This document shows, piece after piece, positions 18,788 through 31,600 of a stretch of 64,000 nt of DNA; position 1 is the stretch's first letter, and every line of letters starts with the position of its first letter. The position numbers and the translations under genes were made by a program. The notes beneath the pieces are model-generated. The model saw nothing but the letters and a program-made list of their open reading frames with translations. It did not search any database and had not been told where the DNA came from. Source of the stretch: a virus (lineage: Duplodnaviria > Caudoviricetes); the IMG/VR virus record IMGVR_UViG_3300021185_003947. The stretch is one strand, 5' to 3'.

Positions 18788-21700
18788 AATAGATCTCCAA
18801 AACTGTCTGCAATACCAAAGAATGCGCCACCTTCTTCATAGGGGTCAAAACCACTAATTCCTTCTGCAGCAAATCCCCCTTGAGATATTTGATCCATAGT
18901 CATAAGTCTTAATACCGATTCGTTTGAACTTACTATGTGAAACTCATTTCTATTATATGCAGTATTGATTATTACTTCTTCGCCCGACATTTTTGTGCCG
19001 AAAGTATCTACATATAATACTGGCATTTCACCTGTATTTTTATTCTTTCCAGTAATAGTTGAAAATGCGTTTATAGGTCTAGAAGCAAATGAATCAGTCG
19101 AGCTAAAATAATCATTAAAATAAAAATTAGTATAATTGGTTGTGCTATCTCGAATGGTTTCGACTATTGGTTCAAAAAGTTGTGAAGTTTGTATCTGCCA
19201 ATCAATTCGTTGTTGATCATCATCTTTATTATACATACCAAGCTTTAATTGTAAACCTGGTATGTATCCAATTTCTCCAGATTCTTTTAGTTCTTCCCAG
19301 CTTGGATAATCGCTATCAGATCTTGTAATATGTAAATAACCGTATGAGTCATCTGGTAAATCTAAACCCAAACCATCTAATGCATTATCGGTTTTAGACA
19401 CTACGCTATCAGCATTAAAATCTATATTATTTTTATTAATAACTCCAACCTTAAACCAGTCTATTGTTGAAACTCCATCACCGAATGGGCTCCAGTCAAT
19501 CCCTCTTACTATATCGCCTGTAATAGTATCTTTTTTTATCTTACTAATAGGATTAAAAATAGTTACGCCTGAACTTGGTATAACACCTGGTATATTTACA
19601 GAAGTATTAAAAGCAAATGTATTACCTGCTGCCGTAATTTGATCAGTGGTAGGTAGATCAAAACTATCCCCAGTAAATTGTATTCCGGTTTGTATTCTAA
19701 AATCTTTTATATTACCTTGATATGTTCTAAATAAATTAGGTTCATTTCCGGCTATCCGGCCAGCTTGAATCGGCCGACCTTTAACTTGATTCCCGGCTCC
19801 AATAAATAATCTAGAATTTTTTATTGGAATGTGTGTAGTCATAAATGGTCCATATGGCGCTCGGCCATTAACACTGTCAAATTGCACGCCGTCTTTCCAT
19901 AATCTTATTTTATCTTGCTCAACCACTATTGCATTATGACACCATTTTGCTCCTGCTCCATATGCCATTGAAGTAGAATCTTGAGCATGAATCGTCAGCA
20001 CTTCGCGCTGATCTACAGTATAATTATAGTTTACATTTTTGGCTACAACTATCTGACCTAACGTATCAAAAGAAAGTAATGGCCCACCTTTAAATTCTCC
20101 TCCACCTTTTGCTTGAATTCCTCCCATTATCTGTAGAGCAGAATCCTTTGAAGCAAGACCGGATAAATCATTATTCCAGTTATTAATATGAAAAGAGGCA
20201 TAACTATCATCTGGAAGTCCAATTTCTGAGCCACTATTAGGAGATCTAATATATGAATAAACTACATATGAGTCAAGTTGCTGATGAAAATTAATTCCTG
20301 AATTCACTACATTCCAACCACCAGCTTTACCACTAGAAATTCTATTATCAGCAATATCATTAAATAAATGAAAATCTTTCATATGGCCTTTAAATGGCGA
20401 CGTTACAAAATTTGAATCATTAATTGAACTAAAATCATTAGTATTCCACCAAGGTTCTAGCTCGGTATGGTCAAATTTTGGCTGATCTACACCATCAAGA
20501 ATCTGATTAGAAATGCCACTTCCCTTAGAAAATATCGGATCTATAACTTTAGCATTTGCATATGGTTTACCAGTATAATAATCTTCTTCATCTTTTACAT
20601 TCTTATAGTTTGAAAACACACATTTTTCAAACACATTTTGAGTACCTGGTTTAAACTTATTATTTATTAAAGCCCACGACCAACTGAAAAGATCAGCACC
20701 AGAAAAATCAAAATGTACTTTATATGCCTTTGCGCCAGTTGAAGCATAACATAATGCTGTTTCACCAGCGGCTTCATTTTTCTTTGTCTGTATAAATTTC
20801 TTAAATGTTAAAAATGCTAATTCTGTATTTTCGTCTTGATTTGGACCAAATATAGGAGAAATTCCATCATAATTATTTCCACTCGCCACATAATTAATAT
20901 GTACAGCCGCAATATCATTAGTATTACCACATATCATAATATTTTTTATGCCAAAGGGTGTAGATAAACTTTCTGTACCTTTAGGTACAGATGTGTCGGG
21001 TACGGTTGTGTTAACGCCAAAAGCCCCACCTGGAGAAGCGGTAATACTATAATTACCCGGTTCTAATAATAAACAATTACCATCCGCTAATCCTGATATA
21101 ACAGAAGTTATATCTCCAGCCGTAGAATGATTTACTATACTTCCACCAGTTCTTAAAATATATGCTCTAGCTTTATTAATTCCATGATCAGTTCCTTTAT
21201 GTGTTGCTACTCTTCCAGCCCAACTAGCTCGAGCATTTTTATATTCATCAGTTTCACCTGTTAAATTAGTAATTGTTCCTGTGCTAATAGCTGGATTATA
21301 TGCTTCTTTATAGTATATTAAGTGATCAGCTAGTGGCCAAGAAAATTTTCCTGTTCCCCATATACTATTTTTTAAATAAAAATCTCTTACATTCGCATTT
21401 GGCGCTACACTATGATCTATGAATGGATTAATATCATTAGGATTTATATTACCAGTAGTAGAATTAAATATTCCATCATTAACAAAAGCTGGAGTACTAG
21501 TAGCTGTTCTTGCCGCGTTAATTAATTTAGCTGGATCATAAACCCAATCCTTTGCTAAAAGTGCAACCTTTGCTTCATATCTTTCTCCTTCAGCTGCAAG
21601 AAAATTTACGTATCCCTTTGGAGCAGGGTTTCCACTTGAACTTTTCCATCCTTTAGAATATACTATTGGAGGATCAAACACTAATGCAGGATCTGGATGA

Positions 21701-23982
21701 TAGCTAGTGCCAATTGCACTTTGAATCGCACTCGTAAGACCATCAACAGGATTTATATGATAACGTGAGGCAAACCATAGATTTCGAAATTGAAATCCTA
21801 ATTCCATAGTGGTATCAGTTCCTGGACTTGAATTAAAGGCTTTACTTCCTACATAAGCTCCATCTTTAAAGGTATGTAACTGTCCAGTTTGTTCATCAAT
21901 TATAAAACTACTTAACGATTCTTCTAGAGATTTAGTAACAGTATCAGTATAAGGAAATAAATATGAATTTGGAGCAGATGTGTTATCTAATATTTCTGCC
22001 CCAAAGTGTCCAGCTGAATTCGGATTTCTTACATTGACTGTATCATCTGCATCATATGGAGTATCTTGATGTACCATATTAGTAGAAGCAATAAACGGTA
22101 TAAACCGCATTATATCTGAAATACCAGTTACGGTTACTCTTTGATCACCTGCACTATTTTTATTATGTATTTCAAAATAAATTATTCTACCAGTTGAATT
22201 TGGGCTAGATGTTGTTCCGCAATCACTTAATAATATTTTATCGTTGCCTCCACCATCACTTTTTAAAATAGAATATCCAAAATTGGTTTTTTCAAATAGC
22301 CTTAAAAATAAATTACCAGCATTATCTGTTCTAAAGGGATCTCGTCCTGGAAGACCAGTGTGTATCTCTAATAGTGCATCAGTTCCAGATGTATATGTCC
22401 TTTTATCTCCTTCATGCTTCACGCCCATATTTGCTTGATTTGTTAAAACTTTAAATTCACTTATTCCAGTATTGTTATTAGCCCATCTTAATAATCCTGA
22501 AGAACTACTAGGTCGGTGGCTAGATATTCTTATATCGTCCCCGCCATTCGGATAATATTTCTTTGAACCCTGTTGACTTGGTAAATTACCAATTTTTTTA
22601 GTCATTAAAGTTACTTCTGCTGGAAATAACTTAACAGAGAATCTTACTTCATGCCATCTATTTCCTCTTTTTCTTTTAGAAGTTCCGGCCGGAACTGGAT
22701 ATCCAGTGTAATCAGAATCTATTTCAATATTATTATTACCTGAAGTAGTTGGTAAAGGTAACTCACATGCTAAAGCCCCGTTTCCAGCAGAAAGATTTAG
22801 TTTAGGTGTACCACCTGAATTAATTACTTTTAACTCTAAAGCCTCAGTATCACCTCCAGCTTTAAATAAGAGTTTATCATAAACAGGTGAACTATCGATC
22901 CAAAAATACCCAGCAAAAGTTGCATCGTTATAAACATCAAAATTGTTAGTAATAATATTACGTTTGCCGGTAAGATAAGAACTATTCATAACATCATTTG
23001 TAGCATATAGCCTATCACTGTCAGGAACCAAATACCCACCACTAAGATAATCATACGTTTTAACTGGATCGCTAACAGAAAGATAACCCATTTTTGGAGC
23101 TGTCATATCTATATCAGTTGTAATTTGCTCCCATTTTAAATTATTTCCAATTCTATATTCATATGGTGCACTATCATGATAAGACCAGTCTAAACCTCTA
23201 ATACGAATACCATTTGTATGTACCATTGCAATATTATCTAAGCCGTCGTCTAGACTCTGATAAGAAAAATTAGAAGTATTATAAGTATGTTTATTATCGC
23301 CTATTGTCGTATTCGGCATTGAATTATCATTTTTTCTATACCAAGCGCCCATTGTGGTATGAGTTGATTTAGATGAACTTAGTGCATCAGATGAGAATAC
23401 AGCATACATCCCAGAGTCTTTTCCATCCGGAGATGCTCTTTCATGAACAACATCTGTTATAGGAGAAATTGAAGGGGTTGTGTATATACCTGAAGGATGT
23501 GATGTGGTGGCATGTAAACTTTTTCCAAATAAATATGAGCTTCCTCCCCAAGAATCACTGTAAGGATTAACTCCTCTATCAATTTGTACTTCACCGCCCG
23601 CTATTTCAATTGAATGGCTTCTATCTGGAATTAAATTTATTGGCTCACCAAGACTTGAATCATTTTCTACAATATCAAAAATAACTGCTGCATGATCAAG
23701 CGTATCTAAAGTAGTAAATTGCCAAAAATCTATACTAAAATTATCAGTAATTTGATCGTAACCAGTAATTGGAACTTTAAACGCGCTATCAATTCTTAAG
23801 TGAGCACCGATTGGATTAACTAGATCATGACCAGAAAAATACATACTCCTACTAGGAAGTATATTTAAATTTAATTTAGTTCTAATAGATCCATCTTCTT
23901 TAACAAAGGCTACTTTACCAATATCAACCGGATCTGATGGAAGCGATAAATCACTTATTAAATTTTTAATATAATTAGCCAA
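18784..23982 (-). CDS. Large virion structural protein with LamG/concanavalin A-like domain(s)
   Basis: FSIDFWQF and WCHNAIVVEQDKIRLWKDG...LFIG...GNIKDFRI segments; late promoter upstream. Confidence 0.55.
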   Translation of the reverse strand: MANYIKNLISDLSLPSDPVDIGKVAFVKEDGSIRTKLNLNILPSRSMYFSGHDLVNPIGAHLRIDSAFKVPITGYDQITDNFSIDFWQFTTLDTLDHAAVIFDIVENDSSLGEPINLIPDRSHSIEIAGGEVQIDRGVNPYSDSWGGSSYLFGKSLHATTSHPSGIYTTPSISPITDVVHERASPDGKDSGMYAVFSSDALSSSKSTHTTMGAWYRKNDNSMPNTTIGDNKHTYNTSNFSYQSLDDGLDNIAMVHTNGIRIRGLDWSYHDSAPYEYRIGNNLKWEQITTDIDMTAPKMGYLSVSDPVKTYDYLSGGYLVPDSDRLYATNDVMNSSYLTGKRNIITNNFDVYNDATFAGYFWIDSSPVYDKLLFKAGGDTEALELKVINSGGTPKLNLSAGNGALACELPLPTTSGNNNIEIDSDYTGYPVPAGTSKRKRGNRWHEVRFSVKLFPAEVTLMTKKIGNLPSQQGSKKYYPNGGDDIRISSHRPSSSSGLLRWANNNTGISEFKVLTNQANMGVKHEGDKRTYTSGTDALLEIHTGLPGRDPFRTDNAGNLFLRLFEKTNFGYSILKSDGGGNDKILLSDCGTTSSPNSTGRIIYFEIHNKNSAGDQRVTVTGISDIMRFIPFIASTNMVHQDTPYDADDTVNVRNPNSAGHFGAEILDNTSAPNSYLFPYTDTVTKSLEESLSSFIIDEQTGQLHTFKDGAYVGSKAFNSSPGTDTTMELGFQFRNLWFASRYHINPVDGLTSAIQSAIGTSYHPDPALVFDPPIVYSKGWKSSSGNPAPKGYVNFLAAEGERYEAKVALLAKDWVYDPAKLINAARTATSTPAFVNDGIFNSTTGNINPNDINPFIDHSVAPNANVRDFYLKNSIWGTGKFSWPLADHLIYYKEAYNPAISTGTITNLTGETDEYKNARASWAGRVATHKGTDHGINKARAYILRTGGSIVNHSTAGDITSVISGLADGNCLLLEPGNYSITASPGGAFGVNTTVPDTSVPKGTESLSTPFGIKNIMICGNTNDIAAVHINYVASGNNYDGISPIFGPNQDENTELAFLTFKKFIQTKKNEAAGETALCYASTGAKAYKVHFDFSGADLFSWSWALINNKFKPGTQNVFEKCVFSNYKNVKDEEDYYTGKPYANAKVIDPIFSKGSGISNQILDGVDQPKFDHTELEPWWNTNDFSSINDSNFVTSPFKGHMKDFHLFNDIADNRISSGKAGGWNVVNSGINFHQQLDSYVVYSYIRSPNSGSEIGLPDDSYASFHINNWNNDLSGLASKDSALQIMGGIQAKGGGEFKGGPLLSFDTLGQIVVAKNVNYNYTVDQREVLTIHAQDSTSMAYGAGAKWCHNAIVVEQDKIRLWKDGVQFDSVNGRAPYGPFMTTHIPIKNSRLFIGAGNQVKGRPIQAGRIAGNEPNLFRTYQGNIKDFRIQTGIQFTGDSFDLPTTDQITAAGNTFAFNTSVNIPGVIPSSGVTIFNPISKIKKDTITGDIVRGIDWSPFGDGVSTIDWFKVGVINKNNIDFNADSVVSKTDNALDGLGLDLPDDSYGYLHITRSDSDYPSWEELKESGEIGYIPGLQLKLGMYNKDDDQQRIDWQIQTSQLFEPIVETIRDSTTNYTNFYFNDYFSSTDSFASRPINAFSTITGKNKNTGEMPVLYVDTFGTKMSGEEVIINTAYNRNEFHIVSSNESVLRLMTMDQISQGGFAAEGISGFDPYEEGGAFFGIADSFGDLL

Positions 23983-24010
23983 CCATACATTCCTTAATAG
24001 TATTTTCTAC

Positions 24011-24018
24011 TATTTATA
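24011..24018 (-). promoter_or_regulatory. T4 late promoter TATAAATA
   Basis: Exact consensus in the intergenic gap. Confidence 0.85.
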
Positions 24019-24049
24019 TACTTAAAATGGATAATATATTAAGGTTTAG

Positions 24050-25654
24050 CTATTGAACTAACACTTTCATAAGATCTCCTGATCCAATTCCATAAACACA
24101 AGCAGTCAATCCATCTCCACTTAATCGTACATCTCTTCCCATTTGCGTGTTTGCTGGACCCGTATAAGTGCCTTCTTTAGTCCAAGTTGATCCAGACCTC
24201 CTAAAAAATTCTACTATACCATTTGATGATGCGCCACCACCCTGTTGGCCAAATGCAGCGACATTTCCGTCATTACTTAAATCTGGACGAATTTCCGTTG
24301 TTTGGTTAAGAGTAAGAGTTGCTTGTAAAGAGTTGGTAACCCAATTGTCTGTTGTTACATAAATTTTATTGCCATACGCAAATGTGTTACCATCACCAGA
24401 AATAGCACCGTTTAATCCTGTACCAGAATTATAAATGGCGGCTCTGGTCGTCCAAGTTGATCCACTGCGAGTAGCAATAGTGTGTTCTCCTACCCGCGTA
24501 CCATACTTATATGCACTATGAATTACATTACCGTCAAAACTTATTCCAGAGTTAAAATAAGATACTCCGTTCTCACCGCCCATTTGTGCATTATCAACAA
24601 AACTATGAGGTCCAAATTTTGCCTCATATGCCCAATTGGTACCAGTTCTTTTATAAACTATAATTGCTCCTGCTCTGTTTCCAAAAGTACTACTTTGGTG
24701 ATCTACTACCATAACTGTTGAACCATCACCAGAAATGGCGGCTCTCATTGCATAATTAGTATATGATGTAATACTTGCATTAAATTGTTGAGACCATGAA
24801 GAACCATCGTAATACCATATTTCAAGATATTGATTATTCTCATGCATAGCAGCAACATATAATCCATTTGCGCTCATATCTGCATGTCTCACACCATATT
24901 GAGTAGATGAAACTGTGTGTGCTAATGAGTGATTTGTCCCAGAATTTGCACGTTCATGTATCCTAAAGTCATAAGCAGTAGGAATTCCTCCAATACAAAA
25001 GCTATTACCATTAGTACTAAGAGAAAAAGTGGTACTGGCACTGACCCCAGCTGTCGTTTCGAAAGCGGTAGTTGGTGTTGCCCAAGACGCAAATGCTAAT
25101 GTAAATCCACTTACATAACTTACTGATCCATTAACTCCATCAGTCACACTAAATGTTAAACTAAAAGTTCCAGCATGAGCTTCAGTTGTTGAAGGTGTAA
25201 TAGTAAATACGTTATCAGCTTGAGATACTGTTGCTGTAGAACCAAGCGATCCTGTTGTAACTGCATAGGACCATGTAAGCGGGAATCCTTCTGGGTCGGT
25301 AGAAACTGCAGTAATTGTGGTAGCAGTGCCATCAGATGCTAAATCATATGTTGCGTCAACTCCTGAAATTGCGGATGGAGATGAATTTGTAATAGTAGCA
25401 ATTAAATACCAACCAACACCATCAAAAATATATAATTTATCAGTATTAGTTACGAGAACAATATCACCGCTATTCATTCCTGTTAAAGCTGATAACTCGC
25501 TAAATGCAGTGACAGTTCTCATTCCGCCAGCGCCTTCTGCCAGAGAATCAGCTGTTATTTTTCTATTTTCTGCAGTTAATGATTCATCAGCTATTGGTGC
25601 TAAAGCGCCAGTTTTACCAAATGCCTTTGAAATGAGAGCTGCTTTCGATACCAT
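24050..25654 (-). CDS. Fibre accessory protein with C-terminal FG-GAP-like beta-propeller
   Basis: STDPEGFPLTWSY module; repeated A-I-S-G-D-G-x-T blades. Confidence 0.6.
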   Translation of the reverse strand: MVSKAALISKAFGKTGALAPIADESLTAENRKITADSLAEGAGGMRTVTAFSELSALTGMNSGDIVLVTNTDKLYIFDGVGWYLIATITNSSPSAISGVDATYDLASDGTATTITAVSTDPEGFPLTWSYAVTTGSLGSTATVSQADNVFTITPSTTEAHAGTFSLTFSVTDGVNGSVSYVSGFTLAFASWATPTTAFETTAGVSASTTFSLSTNGNSFCIGGIPTAYDFRIHERANSGTNHSLAHTVSSTQYGVRHADMSANGLYVAAMHENNQYLEIWYYDGSSWSQQFNASITSYTNYAMRAAISGDGSTVMVVDHQSSTFGNRAGAIIVYKRTGTNWAYEAKFGPHSFVDNAQMGGENGVSYFNSGISFDGNVIHSAYKYGTRVGEHTIATRSGSTWTTRAAIYNSGTGLNGAISGDGNTFAYGNKIYVTTDNWVTNSLQATLTLNQTTEIRPDLSNDGNVAAFGQQGGGASSNGIVEFFRRSGSTWTKEGTYTGPANTQMGRDVRLSGDGLTACVYGIGSGDLMKVLVQ

Positions 25655-25666
25655 TACTTTCGTCCT

Positions 25667-28600
25667 TTATTTTTCTATGAACAGCCAACCATTAGCTACA
25701 TTATAATATACTAATCCAAATGCTGCTCTATTAACATCAATTGTTAGATCTGAATCTCCGCCTTCAATTTTATGACCATTTCTTCCAATTGTAATAGCGT
25801 TTGTAGCAGCCTGACCAGTTCCATCAATAATTCTAATTTCATCTCCAAGCGATGCAGCTACTGGAAGATTAACTGTTTTAGTAGTGCTTGTATCAATAAT
25901 TAATCTTTGCCCAGCGACCGCAGTAATCGGTGTTGTAGTAATCTCTGCCCATGCTGCAGGAAGATTAACTCTTGCTGCAACATATGCACTATCAACTAAT
26001 CCCTGTAATGCTTGTTCATTAACAGTAACATTACCTGCTTTATTTTCAATTGCAGTAATTGTGATTTCATCAGATGCGGAAGCACCAGACGTTAGTGTAA
26101 TAGTATTTGTTATTGGATTAGATGTAAAGTCATCTGAATCCATAAGTTTAATACCATTTTGGAATACACTAAAGTTACTTGAATCGATTCCTAATGTTTT
26201 AGAATTAGCATCAGCACCAGTAAACGCTGTTTGACCATTTGTAGCGATAAACTTAAAGGTGTTTATAAATGTATCGCCAACCATAATATGTGATGTCGTT
26301 TGTAATAAAGTATTAATTACAAGATCATCACCCGAGTCAGCAGTAAATCCATTTAATGTTATTGAATTTGCTGCAGCATTAACTGTATAATCTACAGCAG
26401 ATATTAAACGAATACCATTATTAAATACTTGATAATTATCAGTATCAATTGCTAGAGGTAAGCCATTTTTATCATTACCAGAGAATACTGTTTGTCCAGA
26501 ATCAGCTTCAAAATAATAATTAGCAAAACTAACGCCAGTCGTAGCTGTTCCGCCCGATGATCGAGCCGCAACATATGCGCTATCAATCATTCCAGTTACA
26601 GCAGCAGAATCTGTACCTGCTGGTAACACGCCTGGAGCCCAATACTTATTTGAGTTGTCCCAAATTAATATCTGACCTTCAGTTGGCGGAGTTGTATGAA
26701 CATCTTGAGCTAATGTAATGATATTACCTGTTGTTGATCTAGTTAATGTTTGAATAACTACATCATCTGAATCAGCTGCGCCTAATGTTAAAGTAACAGT
26801 ATTAGTACTAGAGTTAACATTATAATCTTCAACTCTATTTAAACGAATACCATTTAAATATACTTGATGATTACTATCTGTTATTGATAGAGATTGTGAA
26901 TTGAGATCATTACCAGTAAATGCTGTTTGACCAGCTGTTGCTCTAAACTTATAGTCTTTAAAATTAGTTTTACCAGCAAGAATATAGTTAGCTCCAGTAC
27001 CAGTGCTAATATTAGTTATGACTAAATCATCTCCAACATTTGCTCCAGTAGTAAGAACAACTCCTGTTGTTCCAGATACTGTATAATCAATATCTTTAAG
27101 AAGGTGAATACCATTTAAATATACTTGAATTCCAGTAGCAGTTACTGCAAGAGTATTACCAGCAACATCAGTACCACTAAATGTTGTTTGGTTAGCAGTT
27201 GCAGTAAATCTAAAGTTAGAATATTCAGATGAAACTGCAGCACCACCACTAGAAGTTTGTCTTGCTTGAATATAATCGCTATCAATTAAAGCTATTATTG
27301 TTGCACTATCAGCTGAACCGCCAGCGCTAGAAGCTGCTCCTGGAATCCATTTACTTGTTGCGGTATTATATACTAATGCTTGTCCATTTGTTGGAGATGG
27401 AGCATTAACATCTGTAAGAGCACCAAGTGTTGTTACTCCAGCTGAAGATCTTGCTAAAACATATGCTGAATCAATCATCCCACTTACGGCTGAACTATCA
27501 ATCCCTTGTGGAACAACTCTTGCTTGAACATATGCTGAATCAACTAATGTTCTTACGCCGACAGAATCATATTTTTCTCCAATAAGAGCTGTAATAGTAG
27601 TTGAGAAATTAGCATCATTTCCAAGTGCAGTTGCAAACTCATTTAGAGTATCCATTGCAGCTGGAGCCCCATCAATTAAATTATTAATAGCAGTGGTAAT
27701 ATCAGCGCCAGAAGCAAGATCTACCCAAGAACCAGCATGAGCAAAATATGCTTTGCCTGTTGCATGGACATGGGCGAACATACCATGATAAGACGCAGCG
27801 CTTGGAAGATCACTTAGCGCTGAATAAACATTAGAATATAGGATCTTATTCGCACCCATATCCAGATCTTTACCGGTAATATTGCTATCAACTCGTAAAT
27901 CTGTATAATATAAATTTGAATCTTCGGCAAGATTCTTTGTAGTTGCTCCACTTAGATCAATTGGAAGAGCCACACCTAAAGAATCAGTAGTAGTAAATAC
28001 ACCATTACTTTCTTTAATTCTTATTCCACCAAGATGGATAGTTGAACCACTTAAATATAAATCTCTCCATGCAGCAGTTGAACTACCGAGATCAAATAAT
28101 TTATCTGCACCTGGAATAATAGTATTGAATGTTACGTTAGTATTTTCTAATGGAATGCCTTGCCAATTTCCGCCTTTTGCTATTCTTGCAGTATTATCAC
28201 CTGTAGTAACTGCAACCATACCAGTATGCGTAGCGGCATTGGGTAATGCACCAGTATTGGATGCACTTGATTTAAATGTAATATTATGGCTACCAAAATC
28301 AACTGGTCTACTGCCTATTCCAGTTATTAGATTAACATGAGCACTATCAGCTATTGATTTAATATAATCACTATCAGCTACAAACTTAATATAATCGCTA
28401 TCAGCTATTGATTTCACATAATCTGAATCTGCAATTGATTTCACATAATCTGAATCTGCAATTGATTTCACATAATCGCTATCAATGATTCCTTTAATAT
28501 AGTCACTATCAGCTATTGATTTTACATAATCTGAATCTGCTACTGATTTAATGTAATCACTATCAGCTATTGATTTAATATAGTCCGAATCTGCTGCCGA

Positions 28601-31600
28601 TTTAATATAATCGCTATCAGCTATTGATTTAATATAAACATCATTAGCAATAAATTTAATGTAATCACTGTCAGCTACCGTTTTAATATAATCGCTATCA
28701 GCTATTGATCTAATATAATCACTGTCAGCTACTGTTTTAACATAATCACTATCAGCAATTGATTTAATATATTCAGAATTAATAATAAATTTAAAATGAT
28801 CTGAATCAAGTTTACCAGCAGCAACCAGATCTCCTTTTTGTATTCTTCTGTTAATAAAGTCTGAATCCATAATGCCGTCAATAATATCAACACCATTAAT
28901 GTGATATTTCATACCTGCAGCAATATTAATACCGTCTTTTGCGATTTTGGGGAGAGCAGGTACGCCTATGTCAATTGCAAAATTGCCAGATGGAGAAGTG
29001 CGGTCATAAAGTATTGATGACCGAGTCGTTGTAGCTTCTGGATCAATCTCATAGCCACCAAGTTCTTGTGATAAAATATTTGATGTATTTAGAGCAACAC
29101 CATTTAGTAGTATTTGAGAGGTGCCGCCGATATTACCAATTTCTAAATTTCCTGCTTTACCATTACCAGACTGAATTTTTGCATTGCCGGAAACTAGTAA
29201 ATGATAATTAGGATCAGCAATTGCGCCTATACCCATTTTAAAGCCAGGAAGATCACCATTAAATACGCCGCTAAGTTCACGCCTCATGTAATTGTTAGTA
29301 GTTAATATTTGATTAACTAAACCAATTCCTTCATCCGAATTTAAAAATGCAGTATCATCAAGATTCGCCATAATATAATTTTGATCAATCGCCTGTTGAT
29401 AAGTTTGACCTTTTGTAAATCCATGATTTTGTTGTCTTTCAAATACATAATCAGAATCAAAATATTCTGTAGCAGAATCAGGACCAATATAAAATTGTGC
29501 AGTTTGGTGAGTAAGATAAACTTGATTTCCCTGATGCGAATCAAGAATCTTATCACCTTGCCAATACAGTGATTGTACGTTAACACTACCATTAACATCT
29601 AAATCGTAACCAGGTGATGAAGTTTTAATCCCGACTCTTGGAGCTGTAGTACAAAGATAACCAGTGGTTGCATCATTGTAAAAATACATTGATTTCGGCA
29701 TAGTTGCTCGATAGTGTGTAGGATCAATATGTGATTGTACCCACGCAGCATCAGCATTAAATCTTATCCAAGCTTGATTAGCAACATTGTTTCTAATGTA
29801 ATGATAAAGAGTTTGACCTTGATGATATGCATCACCCGACCAATTTATGCTTCCATCAATATCTACCATATAAGCCGTATTAGGACTTACTTTATTAACC
29901 CCTACTGTTCCACCCATCAGAGCTATGACATTATTAGCTGCAACAGTTGCTTGTACAGAACTACTTGTATATGAACCAATTGCAACAGAATTTGTTCCAG
30001 TTACAGATACACCGGAACCTATCGATATTGCACCGTTACCCGAAGCTTGAGCATATGAACCTAAAGCCATACCGCCATTACTGACAATGTTTTCTTTACC
30101 AAATCCAAACCCATTTTCGCTTACATTATTTTTATTACCAAATGCATAAGCAAGATTAGATGTGCCACCATCAACAGCGTTCTCGTAACCATAAGCGTGA
30201 CCTCCATTAACAATAGTATTTAGATCGCCATAAGCCCAGCCAAAATCAGTAATTATATTGTCTTTACCGTAAGCATCACCAAATCCAGTAATGTTATTAC
30301 GAGTACCGTAAATATTCCCGCCTTTGGTTTGTACATTTTGACCACCAAATATATAGTTACCCTGACCCCCATTTGCGGAACTGTTTCTACCGGTAAGGTT
30401 TTTGTTGTCTGAACCATATACCCTTGTTCCATACCAATTCTCATTAGAAGAGCCATATACTTCTGAATTATATACAATATTTTTATTTTCATTGCCATAA
30501 ACTTTAGCCGCGTTGTTTACAGTCTCATTTGCATCACCATAAATTTTAGCATTTTTAGATGCACCTGAATTAACAGAACCAAATACATGTGATTCAGAGA
30601 TACTAGTATTATCGCCACCAAAGACTCTAGAAGCTTTACCAGTGGTATTACTAACTCCAAATGTAACTGATCCATTACCAGATCCAACATTATCTTTACC
30701 AAAGACAGTGGAGTTATTGCCACTTGCTCTATTAGATACACCGTAAGATATAGCACTTTTTCCAGTTGCATCAGTATTAATACCAATTGCAACTGAGTTA
30801 TTAGCAGACGATTTACTTCCAATACCAATCGCGGTAGATGTAGTACCACTTGCTGCCACGCCTGAACCCATTGATACTGCGGTTTTTCCTGCAGCTGAAC
30901 TATGACCTATTGCTATACCACCAACACCAGTAGTATTATTTTGACCTATTAAAATAGAGTTTTTTGGCGGTGCTGTGCCTGCGCTGGTAGGATAATTATC
31001 TCTACCAATATTTAATCCTGCTTCTCCGCCTGTTAAATTATATCCAATTGTTACAGCATTTATTCTTGTATTAACAAGTAAAGATCCAATAGCAGTATTA
31101 TTTACGTGAGAAGGTTGATTGCCATCATCGCCAGTAATATCTCTACCAATTACAACTCCACGGCCAGTTTCAAGTGTTTTACCAATTGCAACTCCACCTT
31201 CATCTGTTTTAGATGTACCCTTTGCTCCTACGTTAGTGATACCAATACCAAGAGATAGTGAATTTTGCTTATTGCTATTTGTAATATCTTTACCTACCGC
31301 AACACTAAATTGTCCAGGATTGGTAATTGTATGTCCTATTGAAACAACTCTAGTAGTGTGTAATGGTTGTTTTGTATGGCCATCAGCAGCATAATCAACG
31401 TTACCAGCAGATACATTATAACCGATAGCTGTTGAATGATCAGTAGCTACAACATTTGCACCAATACCTTGTGAGAATATGCCAACTTCTCCACTATCCC
31501 AAGTTGCCTTTTTACCGTCAACCCAACCGGCTCTAAAGGCTGCATAGCCAGGAATCCACATTAATCTTGCGCCAGAATCGAGTTGTTCACCTCCACCTGT

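Noticed and set aside
28328-28759. 27-bp tandem repeats resembling CRISPR or an iteron array
   Set aside because: They encode the IADSDYIKS protein repeat, contiguous and without spacers.
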